Part shown: positions 15,788 to 30,342 of the stretch, piece after piece
Position numbering within the stretch: position 1 is the first letter of the stretch
Layout: the number at the start of each line of letters is the position of its first letter
DNA from: Eledone cirrhosa
Taxonomy: Eukaryota
Direction of reading: 5' to 3'
DNA: 64,000 bases
NCBI GenBank assembly: GCA_964016885.1
Contig: OZ024746.1
Span: forward strand, 49,600,001-49,664,000
Notes under the pieces: model-generated
What the model saw: only the letters and a program-made list of their open reading frames with translations
Told to the model about the DNA's origin: nothing
Databases searched by the model: none
Position numbers and translations under genes: made by a program

Positions 15788-15846
15788 TTAGTAGTAGTAG
15801 TAGTAGTAGTAGTAGTAGCAGGAGCAGCAGCAGCAGTAGGAGAAGC

Positions 15847-15899
<53 letters not shown>

Positions 15900-15903
15900 T
15901 AGC
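15788..15903. repeat. Compound (TAG)n/(CAG)n trinucleotide microsatellite
   Basis: Seen directly in the sequence. Confidence 0.95.
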
Positions 15904-16640
15904 ACCAGGAGTTGTGCTGCTGTTGGGTGGGGGTGACAGTGCTGGTGGTGAAGGTTATCGTCGTCATCGTGGTTTGGTAAAAAGCAAATAAGGAAGGAAA
16001 AAATAAGAATAGACACAAAATGAAACAGAGAAAGAAAGAAAAAGACTAAAAAAAATAGAAAGAAACAAAATAGGAAGATGGTGGGGGAAGAAAATGGTTC
16101 AGAGAAAAATACAACTAGATAAAAATGTCTGCGATAAGATATTTTGTTTGAAACTATGGCAATAAAAATAAGGCCTACATCGTAATTTTTCTCTCATGTT
16201 TTTACCAATATCTTGACCATAGTGATTATTATCTTAATCGAACATTGTAATTGATTGTTAGGAAATAAATAACTATGTTCAACATAGAAAAGAATATATA
16301 TTTCAGTGATCAAAGCCGCTAAACATTAATGGAAATAAATTATACCTGCTTGTTTAGATGTAAAATAAAGGGGTAGGTAAATTAAATGAAAGATATAGGG
16401 AAGAGTTGTCGATGGTTAATCAGCCGAGGTTTTGTATTGGAGTGTACGTGAGTGTCTGAATTAGATACTGTTTCAGTGGTGATAGATTCAACAATTGAAA
16501 GAGTGAGAAAGTGAGAGAAAGATAGACATGTGGACAGATCACCAGACAGAGACAGGCAAAAACAGACATGAGAAGTGGTAGAAACAAAACATATAAAAAT
16601 AAACAGATAAGGATCAGTATATGTGTGCATATGTGTATCT

Positions 16641-16749
<109 letters not shown>

Positions 16750-18385
16750 TGAGTATATGTTTCTGTTGATGTTTCAATGATTAAGCAACTTTCAGCCTTG
16801 TATTTTACATCATAGCTTTAAGGGGGAGTAATAATCTACAGAAAAGCATGACTCTATCCGTTAACTTTAAACTTAAATTCAGGCAGTTAAAGACTGGTGC
16901 TTCGATGGTATGATTTTGTGAGGTGTATGATGTTAAGAAAGCAAGGTTTAGAACATATGCTAGACAGGCAAGCGCACAGTGGCTGCATTTCCTTTGAAGT
17001 GTACAGCCTTATTTCGTGTTCAAGAGTAACCGACCTCTGATGAAGCGATAGACATTGCAGACACAAATGAAATCGAGATCTTTTTTATGGTTACAGAGGG
17101 GAAAGAAAAAGGCAAGTTGTTTAGCCATAGGATCTCCTTCTCAAAGTGAAGCTATTATTGTGTGTGGGGGGGGGGGGGGGGGCGAGTGTCTGTTTAAAAA
17201 CATATATATGCATGTTTAACTTTCAATTATATTAATTGAAATATCTTGAGTGATTCTGTATATCAAGGTATATATATATATATTTATTTAGATTTAGGGT
17301 TATGTGCGTGTGTTTATATCTATGGTTTTGTGTGAGTTTGAAATAAAAAGGATTACAAACATATATATGAAGTCACGTTAAAGATTATTTCCACTGATTT
17401 GAAACCCTTAAACTCTTTCTGATGCGTTTGGGCACCTGTCTAATGTAGTTGCTTGGGATATGAGATATCATGCAAAAATACAAGATATTACTTTGTTTTT
17501 GTGAAAATCCCGTATGATTTTAAGTTTGAATTAAGTATAATGTCGGATCAAATGTGTTAACTGTTCTTATGATTATTTACATAAAAACGTGATTTGTATG
17601 CATATTTGCGTCATTCGAAATCCTACACCATCTCCTTTGTACATGTCCAAGGAATTCTCTGCAAGCTGACAAGAAGCTATCAAATCGAACGGCCAGCTAG
17701 AAATGACAGCCTAACCTGAAATAGTAATTCTCAAAGCCGATGGCGAATCAATTTACTTACTCGAGTGAATGTGTGTAAGTTATTGCGTATATGTGAGAGA
17801 GAAAGGGAGAGGGAGAGCAGAAGAGAAGGATAGCGAGAAAGAGTATAACAGTTAGCTGGGGTAAAATTTGGACTAATACAGGAAAGGTGTAGGAGAATAT
17901 AAGAAACGGAGATGGCTGATTTAAAAATATGATGGCATCTGCAAGTTATATAGAATGAGTAAACTAAAACATTACGTAATGATATGAAATTGCGTGACTG
18001 TAAATGTATTGAAATTTTACCAATAGAGAAAGAGTCGGTCTCTAGCATAGACACAAGACTATATGTATGTATATATTTATATATGTATGTATGCATGTAT
18101 ATATTTACGCATGTATATATGTATATATGAATGCATGTTTGCGTACGTGTGAAAACGCATTGTGTTTGGGCGCCTTTGTTTGTGTGAGTATGCGTTCGCA
18201 TCGGTGTATATAGAACATGAAAAAAATCAGAAAGGGGAGATATTAGATAAATGAATAGATAAATATGGAGTTAATAATTAGGTTAGAATAGAGGAAATGA
18301 AATAATCATTATTCATCTAGCCAAAGATTATGCGAGTCATATATCTATATATGAAGGTAATTATATGAATATATATGTATATGTA

Positions 18386-18445
<60 letters not shown>

Positions 18446-18527
18446 TGGATAGATGTTTATATGAACACATACACATACAAAAACATACTCATATATATAT
18501 ATATGAGTGTATATTTACCTTTTCTTC

Positions 18528-18560
<33 letters not shown>

Positions 18561-19317
18561 GAGAGAGAGAAGAGAGATAGAGACGAGAAGAAAATGGAAA
18601 TGCAGAAAATTGGTATAAATAGACAGATATATATATAGAGAGAGAGAGAGAAAGAGGGGGGGGGGGAATGTTCACGTTATTCTTGAAAAGCCGTCTTTTT
18701 GATTAAATGCACTGACTTAATTCGTCCTACTTGCACACAAAAAGAAAAAATGATATCCTTTGCGTTGCTACTATACGATGCTATAGAATGAGAGATTATA
18801 TAAAGGTGGAATAATTGTTCATTTCTAAGCGATTGAGGAAGGTTCGATAATGTCTATATGATAAAGAAAAGCTCCAAAACTTCAATCAGCGATAATGTTA
18901 TGAAAAATATAAGGAATGTTGAAAACGAATAGACATACAGAATAGAATTGAAATCGATGAATTTGATGTCAAACAGCATGAGAATGTTAAACAAGTAAAG
19001 GAAAAATTCAAATAAATTCCTTCTATCTTTTAATTCATTTTGGAGATTCCTTCAAAAATCCTACTATATATAGTAGGATTTTAGTTTTGTTTTTTTGTTT
19101 TTTTTGGTTTATATTGGGGTTATCGATGTTTTGGTTGTGTTTTTAACGGTATTCTGGAATAGATATGGGTGAAATATAATGGTGAACCACGACTATCATC
19201 AGATATAAGTTTTAGAGTGTGTATCAATGAATGTATGTGTGTCTGTTTTCGGTCATTCATTTCCCCTATCGCTATTTTCCAATATATATATAATTGGAAT
19301 AATTGGATCAGAGTGAG

Positions 19318-19373
<56 letters not shown>

Positions 19374-19439
19374 TTAAATGAAACAAATAAAACACAGAAG
19401 GTAATTTTACAGGTCCATGCTTGGAAGAAGTGGAATATA

Positions 19440-19499
<60 letters not shown>

Positions 19500-21643
19500 A
19501 TATGTGTACGTATGTATATGTTTAGAAATATAGTGAGTATAGTAATATTTGTGTAAATAATTCGACCAGGTCGAGCGATCCCGTAATAGCTCCCTCGTTG
19601 ATTCCTTATTCAGAGATTTCTAAGTGTTGATTACAAAACCAACCTAGGAGAGCAAGACTAAAATTCGTATCACATTTAATCTTCTGCTGTACTGGTTTAG
19701 ATAGAAAAAGAAAGCAGAGACTATGGGGTTGTAGTATTTGGGGTGAAGTAGGTTGATTAGAAAGAACTTGGCAAGCATTGTTACATCAGGATGATCATCA
19801 TGATTTCGAGCTATCCTCATGCTGAAGACATAGTCCGAATAATTGGATCAGAGTAGACACTGAATCCACTTATCAGGTGCTGATGTTAACCTGGGTAAAG
19901 TATTAGGTCTTAAACATTCTCTCCTAAATTTCCTGAAATGTTCGTTGGAAAACCGAAATTGCCATCTTTTGCGATCAATTAATAAACTGATGTTATGAGA
20001 CATGTAATGTTAGAGATTAACATTGTTTTGGGTAAAGCAAATACAATGTATGTTAGATATAGAGCAGTGAAAACGAGAGAAAGTAAAACGTTACACGTTT
20101 ACCTCATATATCATTATATTTCTGGATTAATACCGATTTTCAAAAGGGAAATACAAAAGAATCTGATCGTGGTGGCGTTTTGTCTCCTATATTTCTAACT
20201 TATATTATACTTCCCTTCCTAAAATAATTTTAAGCACATATTGCACAGTGCTTTATATATACTAGAATAAAGAATAAATTAGAAAATATCTTACAATATA
20301 TATTACAGAATATTCCATGATATTCGATAGATAATTTTAATTCGAAGAAAAAAACCTTTAAGGAATTTTCTGAAATTCCTACATTGACGGTAGAACACGA
20401 ACCAACAACTTATCTATTTCTATTTCAGAAAAGTTTATAACTTCTGTAAACTAGTTTAAGTTTTCATTCAAACACATTGAAAATGTCTAAAATGTCTAAA
20501 CATGAAGCCATTACTGAATATCCTGGGTCAATGCCAAAAGCATTATTTGATTTATATATATCCACCCATGTCTTGATGGTGTTAGCAGAAAAATTATTAT
20601 ATTATATTCACAACACAAATGTAACACCTAACTTATGTTGAAATCGTGAAACATTATATATATATCATTTGTTCAAGTCTATTGGAATAAAAGGTTTCGT
20701 TTACGTTTTGTAGTGTCTTTGTCATGCACGACTGTCGCAAATAGTTTTGATTAAGTAAAGTGCTTAATGGAAAGAGATAAAATCTCAGAGAAACATTTAT
20801 AGATAATATATTCCTTCCCCCAACCAGCACAAACAGCTTCTATGTGGTTGCTCGATCCGCTTGAAATAGCAGCAAAATTTCCCCTAAATCACACCTGACC
20901 GTATTAATAAGAGTCAGGGTTGACTTGCGATTAAAGAACATTGACAACAATAAATCAAATAATTTAGACGTTCTATTTCTTCTATTTTAAAACATAAATT
21001 GATATTTCATTTCAAAAAAGATGATATCCAACATAGGCATTCATCTGTGTACTGTGTAACAACGAGAGCCAAATATATTGTTGTGGTTATCGTGATTGTT
21101 GAGTTTTAGTCCCAAATTAAACCTGAAAAATCAGGTCTATGATAAAATACATTCATTTTAAGAGTACGTAGGACTACATTATCTATAGTAACATTCTATT
21201 TAAAGATGCCTGATTAAATTTGAAAGGATGCTGTTAATACTATCGTAACAAAGAACCACATAGCAGCTCGATCACCGACCCACGAGGTTCGGATCTTGCT
21301 TATTATTAAAATCCTAAAGGTTTTTTAAAAGACATTAATGATCCCAGAATCGATAGTCGCTAATCATCATTCAGTTTTAGCAATAACCCATGTAAATTAT
21401 CTATTTCCATGTAGTCTTTTAATAACATTTTTTTTTATTGTTTGAGATAAAGAAGAATTCGGAATCCTACTCAAGACACACCACAATATCGTTGAAAAGG
21501 TTTAGAAGCATCGGTAAAGGCATCACCATCACTTCGCTAAAAAGATATGGCTAAAATAAGTATCAGACTTGAAAAATAAGTACTGATATCAATGTGATCG
21601 ACTAAATCGACATTGCCGTAGTCTGAAAGCAGTAAAACATATA

Positions 21644-21842
21644 CAGACCTGCCAACCTCTAAAAGCCCAAACGGGGTGGGGTACCGTGAAAAAAATGTGC
21701 CCCAAAACGGGCAGAAATGAGGCAAAATGGGGAGATGTTATATGATGAAAGCTATATCCATTTTCACAAGAGAAAACATATCTCACCCACCGAAAATTGG
21801 GTGGGAGATCTCTCCATTGGACGGGGAGAGTTGACAGTTCTA
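21644..21842. mobile_element. ~200-bp MITE with hAT-like terminal inverted repeats
   Basis: The left end CAGACCTGCCAAC is an imperfect inverse of the right end GTTGACAGTTCTA. Target-site duplication is unclear (catata/cattta). Confidence 0.55.
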
Positions 21843-22759
21843 CATTTAGAAATAGCCATATGTAAACTGCAGCAAGTTGATTCGATAGGATGCTAATAGC
21901 CAAGAGTTCTTATCCTTTTTCTAGTACAACTGTATATATCTATTGAAGATTCTTAACACATGCTGCATGTTTTTTTAGCTAACAATTAGTGTTATATGTA
22001 TACTTTTCATCACTGGAAGGTGAAGGAGTGCTGTATTTTGTTAGCTTGAATTATTAAGTTCAAGCTGTAACTTAATCTCTCATGGTTTCGTTTCAAATAT
22101 TACTGTGTAATTGATTCTAATAAATGATGCACGCTCTCAATCTTATATATAGTCATGAGTACAAGTTCATGTGAGAGAGAGAGATAATGTGTGTGTTTGC
22201 TTGTGTGTGTACGCGCGCGCGTGACCTTTAACTTAAAGCTACTTGAAGACAACGTACCTGATGTTGACGCTAAATATAATAAGATGCTGACATGAAAGGT
22301 TACTGAAATGATATGATTGTTTGAAGGCTCATTAAAGAAGTACTTTACATTGAATGATATCGGTGATAGGGAAAGAGAGAGAGAGAGGAGGGAAATACAT
22401 ACATACAGACAGGCATTGATTGAGACAGAGAGATAGTAAAAGTGTGCAAATGAAGGGTTGCGGAGAGTAAATTAGTTTTATTTCAAGGATTTACAATAAT
22501 GACCATTATATCTTTGAAAGGTTGCTGTCCCATGTAGCGTATACAATTATGAATAATTGAATACATAGTGAAATAATGCATTCAAGCAAGAGCAGCTGAT
22601 GAAATCCAAGTCAGCTATTATTCAACACAATCATTTTAATTAGTTTTTAAACGTTTAATACATTATTCAACGTACATATTTCCATTTTGTTTTCGGTTTT
22701 TTTTTTGTGTGTTTTGTTTTTTATTGTATTGAATTGGGTTCGATTTGTTTTGAGGAAGG

Positions 22760-23990
22760 AGCTATTCCCGGTCGGTAATATCGACAGTTAGCATGGTTCG
22801 TGGCGACAGTGGCTTGCAGGAACAATATACGAAGAGAGTGAATTCTAGAAATCCTACATTCTTGTGGGGTGAGCATTGGGTGTATGGATTAGTACGCAGT
22901 CTGAGGTTTAACAAAATATGGGTGATGGGAAAAGAAGAGACAAACGTGTCGTCAGAGCCTGACTGGACGTATCGACCAGCCAGCTCTAAATAAACAGAAG
23001 CTGTAGAAAATGCATATTCGGGAGACACCATGAGACTGTGAACGTCTAATGGTCTGATTAGCGTTAGGTATTTAGATTGTATATAGATTAGACGTGGTGT
23101 TGAAAGATTAGAAAGAAAATAAAGGATGGAGTTACGAAAAGTATGTCATTAATGTATAGTGGATAAAACTACAACTTGACGTACACCAGAGTTGAAAGAA
23201 TATTGGCCCTAGAGATTTCTATCAGTAAACGCAGTGATGGTAGTTTATGGAAGGAAGCCACTGATCTAAGACACGAGAGATAGATGGAATCCACAGACTA
23301 GCAATCTTGTAAGACTTGCATGTAAGACACGCATAAACGCTTTACTAATGTTCTGTGCAACGACTCTGCTTTCATCAAATTTCTCGTAGTGAGAGCCTGC
23401 AGAAGAGTGACCTAGATGTGTAAACCATCTGTATATCTGTTTTTAGAAATAACCATACTTGAATTCATTGGAACAAAAGAGCTTTTCAAGGTGTTGGAGA
23501 AGGTTTCTATTAAGGATTGTCTTCATCACTTAGGAAATGTTAGAAATACTGTAAGTGATCGCACTAAGACATTAGTTAGCAAGATAAAATGTAATACATT
23601 TCTTTGGAATGGAGCACACTATAGCAAAGGCCATGCGCCCATGAAGGGCGTTGATTGGTATGTGGATGTTTTATGGATTGTCGTATCATTAAGGCAATAG
23701 TTGAGAGTAATGGTTTATTAGTGTTTCCAGTTTTGATATATGAAAAACGTCAAACATGTATGGAGTGTTTGTGAATTGGTACGAGCTGTATGTAAGGGTT
23801 AAATTGATGTAGAGATTTGAGGATTTCGAATGAGATGGTATCTACATCGGGAGTATCAGTATCGAATTATTATAAGAGACAAACATCGGTTGGAACAGTG
23901 AAGTCACCGAGAATGATGATTTGGAAAAATAGATATGCCCAAAGGTATGCCAAAACTGAAAATCTAAAATTTTCTGTAGGTTTACTTTTA
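22760..23990 (-). pseudogene. Heavily decayed CR1/Jockey-group LINE reverse transcriptase
   Basis: Minus-strand fragments ESRVVAQNISKAFMRVLHASL, CGFHLSLVS*ISGFL, FNSGVRQ..VLS and LYINDI at ~23130-23385. Outer boundaries are approximate. Confidence 0.7.
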
Positions 23991-24144
23991 AACATTCGGT
24001 ATTGAATGCGCAAAGATCTACTCTTGTTCACACTACATAATCTGACATACATACATACATACATACATACATACATACATACATACATACATACATACAT
24101 ACATACATACATACATTCATACATACATACATACATACATACAT

Positions 24145-24576
24145 GGTGGCTGCCAACTCGTTTTCGAGTACGGCCACTACTTTTTATACATGTAGGAGAA
24201 CCCCTACCGATGCGCTGAACGAGTGTGACTTTTTAGTCCAGCCAGCGACTTGAAAACTTTGGTACAAACACTACACTTGTGAAATTATTGACACATAGTG
24301 CTGGGCCCATGGTACCATGTGACGACAAGTGCAGAGAGATCTCCAGATATAAAGCAATGCCTGTGCCGTGAAGCTTTTATAGTGAGCAAAAGCACTGCAC
24401 AAAGCCAGTCCTACTCTCTTAACCAAGATGATATTTACCAAAAAAGAAGAACAAGTCAACATCATTGGATACCATCAAGAAACCTTGATGGGGTTGCCAG
24501 TTTAGTCGCCAACGACCCGACCATGAGACAGGTTGTACTGGGATACATGTTACCAGTAGCACCAACTGGTGACCTA
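24145..24576 (-). mobile_element. Internally deleted RTE-like LINE (~100 bp 5' end + ~330 bp 3' end) with (ATGT)n tail
   Basis: The 3' part encodes the C2H2-like terminus CSVCTKVFKSLAGLKSHTRSAHR*. It is a direct repeat of the copy 441 bp downstream. Confidence 0.7.
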
Positions 24577-24585
24577 CATACATAT

Positions 24586-25190
24586 GGTGGCTGCCAACTG
24601 GTTTTCGAGTACAGCCACTACTTTATATCCATGTAGAGAACCCCCACCGATGCGCTGAACGAGTGTGACTTTTTAGTCCAGCCAGCGACTTGAAAACTCT
24701 GGTACAAACACTACACCTGTGACAATTATTGACATATAGTGCTGGGCCAATGGTACGATCTAACGACAAGTGCAGAGAGATCTCCAGATATAAAGCAATG
24801 CCTGTGCCGTGAAGCTTTTATAGTGAGCAAAGGCACTGCACAAAGCCAGTCCCACTCTCTTAACCAAGATGATATTTACCAAAAAGAAGAACAAGTCAAC
24901 ATCATTGGATACCATCAGAGTTGCAGGTGTTATATCAGAATTTTCCTTCTCCTAGAATTCTGCCTTGACAAAGGCTAAGGGGTCATCTCTCCCGGTGATT
25001 TTGGATGGCCATTGACTCTTAAGAGCTCCTTTGCCCTTTGACAAGTTTTGTTTTTAGTCCTGCAGGATGTCCAAAGTCACCCTCCTCACCAAGAAACCTT
25101 GGTGGGGTTGCCAGTTTAGTCGCCAACTACCCGACCATGAGACAGGTTGTACTGGGATACATGTAACCAGTAGCACCAACTGGTGACCTG
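24586..25190 (-). mobile_element. Internally deleted RTE-like LINE (~275 bp 5' UTR + ~330 bp 3' end)
   Basis: The 5' UTR contains an RTE-type CTAGGAGAAGGAAAATTCTGA motif. The 3' part reads HRCSVCTRVFKSLAGLKSHTRSAHR. Flanked by (ACAT)n. Confidence 0.7.
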
Positions 25191-25329
25191 ACATACATAC
25201 ATACATACATACATACATACATACATACATACATACATACATACATACATACATACATACGTGTCACTAGTTGTACAAAAGCAACTTCAAAAACTAAAGC
25301 ATTTAAAAACATGTCATGATATTTATTAT

Positions 25330-25600
25330 TAGTAAACATCTAATTGACAGGGTGAAAATATTGCATTTACGAGAGATAACTCTACAACCAACTTTTGATA
25401 AAATTAAGAGCAACTCTCTTAAATCGTTTGGACATATCAAAAGCTCAGCTTGTAGTCACTCTAATATTTGTTTGGAGGATATGACACTCGGAAAAGGAAA
25501 TCTAGGACGCCGCAACGAAGCAGATCCTAAAATTGCCTTAATGTGAATGACGACAGAATTCAGTGCAATCACAATAAATAGTAATAAAGGAAGAAAGTGT
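25330..25600 (+). pseudogene. Decayed RTE LINE C-terminal fragment
   Basis: LKSFGHIK...ICLEDMTLGKGNLGR resembles the RTE pattern LxWFGHVxR...LEGxxxGKRxRGR. Confidence 0.5.
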
Positions 25601-26661
25601 GTTCACGTTTCGTACTTTCGTACTCTGTTGAAAATGATTACATTAAATATATAAATACTTAATTTCTTTTTAGATTATAATTTCAATTTAAACTCTATAA
25701 AAAAAGTTCAAGCGCGTTGAAATTTCGTAATGAACGTCTGTATATGATTGAGCCATATAATCTATATCTGGAAAATAGTAACTCTAAAGTATAAACAAAA
25801 TTCATAAGCGATGAACAAAGATTTGGGTTTCATAAAATGTTAAGTAATACTGATATCAACAGGGGAAGAAAAAGAAAAACGTTTTGTCTTTAACCTTTTC
25901 ACTGGTTAGTAATATTTGTTTACTAAAACATTCGTGGGTACAAGGAAAGACATCTCGGCTTACGCCAACTAAAAGATTATCGAAGTATGTAACAGCTTTG
26001 ACAGTGTTTATTGATACATAAACACTTTTCAAATAGAATATTAGAATGTAAACAAGTCTTATGGGGCGAGTAATACCGTTAACATTGAAGAGAATGCTTT
26101 GTCCCTCCCAAAGACCACAACAACACACATTAACTTTAATCTAGTTGAATAAAATTATGATACTTGAAATATAATGAGTTATTAATTAAGAAGCGGTATG
26201 GTTCATTTCACGCAATCGATTCGCTTCGCTTATTTTCGTCTGTAGTGCTTATATTTGTATTTAATTAAGATACGTTATAGTGGGCTCTGCGGGAGGAGAA
26301 AAATTCTTTTGAATTCCAATCTTACCAAACGCTCCTTAAACCTTGTTTTTTTTTAAATTCTATATAGAGTTGGGGGGGGGGGGGGCTATATGTACTACTG
26401 AGTGAGTGTATGTATATATGTGTGTGTGTGTATCGGTATGGATGTATGCGTGAGGGTGAATGTGTGTTGCATTAAAAATCTAATTATATTCTAATTTCAT
26501 TTTTAATTAAGCTGTTTCTCATATAAACTATTCGTATGAGTCCCTAGCTGTTCGTTTGGGACAATAGCGATCCATAATTCACATCCAACACCTGTACACA
26601 TTCGCAGTCTCTCTCACTCACTCTCTCTCTCTCTGTATATATATATATATATTTATATATA

Positions 26662-26865
26662 GGCGTGTGGCTGAGTGGTTAGAGAATTGTATTCGCAATC
26701 GTAAGGTTGTGAGTTCGATTCCTGGCATTATGTCCTTGAGCAAGACACTTTATTTCACGTTGCTTCTTCTACCTGGAGTTGCGACCGATAGATAGTATTA
26801 GCAATTGGAAAGACCAACGGAAACATTGTTCCCTCGGTCCGATTTGACAAAAAAGTCGATCGTTC
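26662..26865 (+). mobile_element. SINE family 2 copy
   Basis: Matches 11138-11340. Confidence 0.85.
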
Positions 26866-27192
26866 CTTTTATATATATTTATAAGGGGATGGGGGGGTGG
26901 GGGTGCACGTATGCATGTATATATACATAATGAATCACCATCCATGCGTAGATACCAAATTGATGCCAGTGAACACTACACAATCAACCATGAATTAATG
27001 GTCTATCTTAGTAAACGCCCAATAATAATTGATGATCATTTGGCGCCCTAAGCTGAAAATATAATTGAATGTAATATTATCATTTTAGTACAGTGTTCTT
27101 ATGTTCTGTCAATACATCAATGAGTGTATGCATATGTATTACGTATGCATATATGTATGCATGTATGTATGTATCGATACACACACATATAC

Positions 27193-27238
<46 letters not shown>

Positions 27239-27244
27239 GAGACA

Positions 27245-27292
<48 letters not shown>

Positions 27293-27338
27293 AATTGATA
27301 GACAGATAAAGATATGTATAGATATAGATATAGATATG

Positions 27339-30131
27339 TTTCTTTTATTTGCCACCAGGGCATAAAAAGTGGGACAAGTACAATGGGGGGAGTTTACAAA
27401 ACAAGGCGTCCTCAGTAAGCAGGAGGTAATAACAATATATAAAAATAAAATAAAATATAACAAAAAATTAAATTTATAACAAAGTCCTCAATAGAGAGGA
27501 GGCACCTTGGGGGGTCGCACTCACCCCGAAAAAAAGTGTGCAACCCTTTTCCTCAGGAGCACAGATAAGGGGTGCTACCTTGGTCTTTCATCTTCCTCAC
27601 CTATAGTCTGATGTAGAGTGAAGGCCCATTCACACGGGCCATTCTCGCCACTTTCACCCATCTTTCATAAAAACGGCTGGGATGCAGCACCTCTCTCTCC
27701 ATCCTGATCCTTCTTCCGAAATGATATCGGAAGAAACGGACCAGTTGTTGGCCAGAGAGAAAGGTGTCTGACCTCAGTCTTTTCAGACGTGTCCACCATA
27801 CAACCTCTTTCGCCATGGCTATTACGCACAGAAACACCGCCCCTTCTTCGTTTTTGAAGAGGGGAGGCGGCTTGATCGTTACAATAGACTCGGTGGTCAA
27901 CCGGATCGGTCCCACCCTTGACAGCAGTTGTTCGACATAGCCCCACAGATCGGCAATGCCCGAGCAGTGTACCAATGCGTGTGCAACGGTTTCCTCGTCG
28001 CACACGCATCTGGGACAGATCTTTTTCGAGGGGTCCCTACCCCGGCGCCCGTGTCTGTAGAGCCTTTCTCGAACTGGAAGAGCCCTTCTGTAGCATTGCC
28101 AGGCCAGGGACCTCTGGAAGTTATCCATGGGTCCCGGGCTGAATGTCCTACCGAACAGGTTGGCCAGTTCGTCTTCCTCCATGCCTAGAGCTTCTCCGAG
28201 GGCGTCGTCGCACCTGCTAACCACCCGCCCTCTATAGAATGACGAGGTGGATTCTCCACTGACAGCCGGGTCAGCCTGCCAGAGAGCCGTGAGCGCCTGG
28301 GCATACTCGGTGTGCCAGGCACCCAGTTTTCTCGGTCTTTGCTTGACCCAGGATTTCAGCTCGGTGAGTGAGACGAGTCTGGGAAAGGCTCGCCTCACAA
28401 ACGGGGCCCACACCGGTTGACCGGAGAGGAATACCTGAAGGTGCCGTAGCCTTAATGCGTGTTACGTATCATTAGCCACGGCATCCCCAGCCCTCCTTTC
28501 GAAGGGTGTTGAAAGCAGATGGATCTCCTCACCATAGGAGCCCGCTTCTTCCAAAGGAATTGGAAGAGTGCGCGGTCCATTTTGGCGAGCGTTTCCCTTG
28601 GGCAAGGCACAACGGTCAGGCGGTAGTAGATGACGGACGCTATATAAGTGTTCGCCACCTCCGCCCGACCTTTCAGGGACAGTTTGCACTCGGCCCACTT
28701 CTGGGTCAGTGCAAACACCCTGTTCGTTACCTCACCCCAGTTCTTCTCCACCTGGAGGTCTGGTCCGAACCAGACCCCGAGCAACTTCACCGGGCCCTCC
28801 GTCCAGCGCCCGACGACGCCATCGGAGGGCATCGATCTGCCCCTCCACGTGCCGAGTTGCAGACCGATCGACATGTCCCGGTTCAGCTTAGCCCCTGTCA
28901 ACCTTTCGTACTCCTCCAGTAAGGTGCCGATCGCCCCGATTTCCGAGGCCGTCGACACCATTACTGTTACGTCATCGGCGTAGGCTGACACCGCTTTCCG
29001 CAATCCCGGTTCCAACGGGATGCCCTGCAACAACTCCAACTTCCGCAGCAGTGACTCTAGAGTCACTACATACAGAAGGGAGGAGAGAGGGCACCCCTGT
29101 CGGATGGACCGCGCGATTTCGAACGGCTTCGAGAGGTAGCCGTTCACCTTGACCCTAGAGCAGATGCGGCTGCTGTACATGGCATTGATCCAGCCCCTGA
29201 AAACGGGTCCGAAGCCTGCCGCCGCTAGCACCGCATCCAGGTAACCATGGTCGACCCTATCGAATGCCTTAGATTGATCCAAGTTGATCAGGGCCCCACC
29301 AAAGCCGGGTTCGTTCCCAACCCTCTCTATGATGTATCGCATGAGGTGGAGGTTGTCGTGGATGGACCTGGACGGGATAGCACATGTCTGCGCATCTCCC
29401 ACCAGGTTACCCACGACAAGCGCCAACCTCTTTGCTAGCACCTTGGCCAAAATCTGTAACTCTGTATTTAGCAGAGTTATGGGCCTGAAATTATTTATAT
29501 CGTCCCCCTTGTTCTCGTCCTTCCTCACTAGCGTGACTACGCCCTTGGTCACAGCACAGGGAATTCTCCCGTTCTGTTGCCAGTTGCAGTAGACCGCCTC
29601 GAGGAGATTGGGGAACAAGTCCGACATAGCTAGATATATATATAGTTCGTATGGAAGACCATCGAGACCCGGGGATTTGCGTTTACCGCATTGGCTCAGC
29701 ACGTCCTCTATCTCAGCGGCTGAAATCGGCTCCTCGCAGGACTTCGCCTCCCTGTCCGAGAGACGCGGCAGGCCGTCGAGGTATGGACCGAAGTCCACAT
29801 CTCCAACCGGCTCCCCGACCCTTCCGAACAATCCGGCAAAGTGCTTTTGAAAAGCCTCGCACATCTGCTTAGGTTCAAGGATCACCCGTCCATCCTGGTC
29901 TCGCAAAGACCGGATAGTGGATCTGCTCTCTCTTTTGGCTTCTGTCACGCGGGCCCAGCTAACAGCTTTGGTTCCCTCGTTTCCCAGAGCACGTATTTTG
30001 CTTCGGACGATGCAGCCTTCGTGTTTCGCGTCGAAGAACTGGCCCAGGGCCGTTCTCGACGCTAGCACTCTGGCCACGTCGCCGCTTCTAATTGCCTCTT
30101 CTACACTATCTCCCAACTCCCTTTCCTTCCT
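27339..30131 (-). mobile_element. 5'-truncated L1/Tx1-clade non-LTR retrotransposon
   Basis: GC-rich ORF2 remnant. The 3' UTR ends GGCAAATAAAAGAAA followed by (ATATCT)n, and the 5' junction lies in (TCTA)n. Confidence 0.9.
27601..30131 (-). pseudogene. Tx1 ORF2 (RT + C-terminal CCHC zinc knuckle), no endonuclease, frameshift near 28460
   Basis: KSPGLDGLP, NFRPITLLN, LDQSKAFDRVDH, RQGCPLS, AYADD and KGGLG motifs, then CPRC...ETVAHALVHC in the second ORF. Confidence 0.9.
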
Positions 30132-30140
30132 AGATAGATA

Positions 30141-30265
30141 GATTTCTTTATTTGCCACAAGTGCGCACAAGAAAAGGGGACAATCCTGGTATTTTACATA
30201 GTCGTGTAAAAATATTGAAACAAACAATTATAACAATCGAAATCCCCAATAGGGGGGAAGATTGA
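30141..30265 (-). mobile_element. 3' UTR fragment of a second, related Tx1 element in (GATA)n
   Basis: Ends TTGTCCC...GTGGCAAATAAAGAAA-(TCTA)n, similar to the 3' end at 27339-27380. Confidence 0.7.
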
Positions 30266-30276
30266 TAGATATATAA

Positions 30277-30342
<66 letters not shown>

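Noticed and set aside
15779-15991. PolyQ/polyA coding exon
   Set aside because: The CAG tract is embedded in (TAG)n and has no coding context.
17031-17076. HHR-like CTGATGA-AGCGAT..ATTGC
   Set aside because: GAAA reads GACA and the UH site is missing; at best a decayed motif.
24204-24280. Host C2H2 zinc-finger gene
   Set aside because: Single finger at the C-terminus of a repeated RTE fragment with a microsatellite tail.
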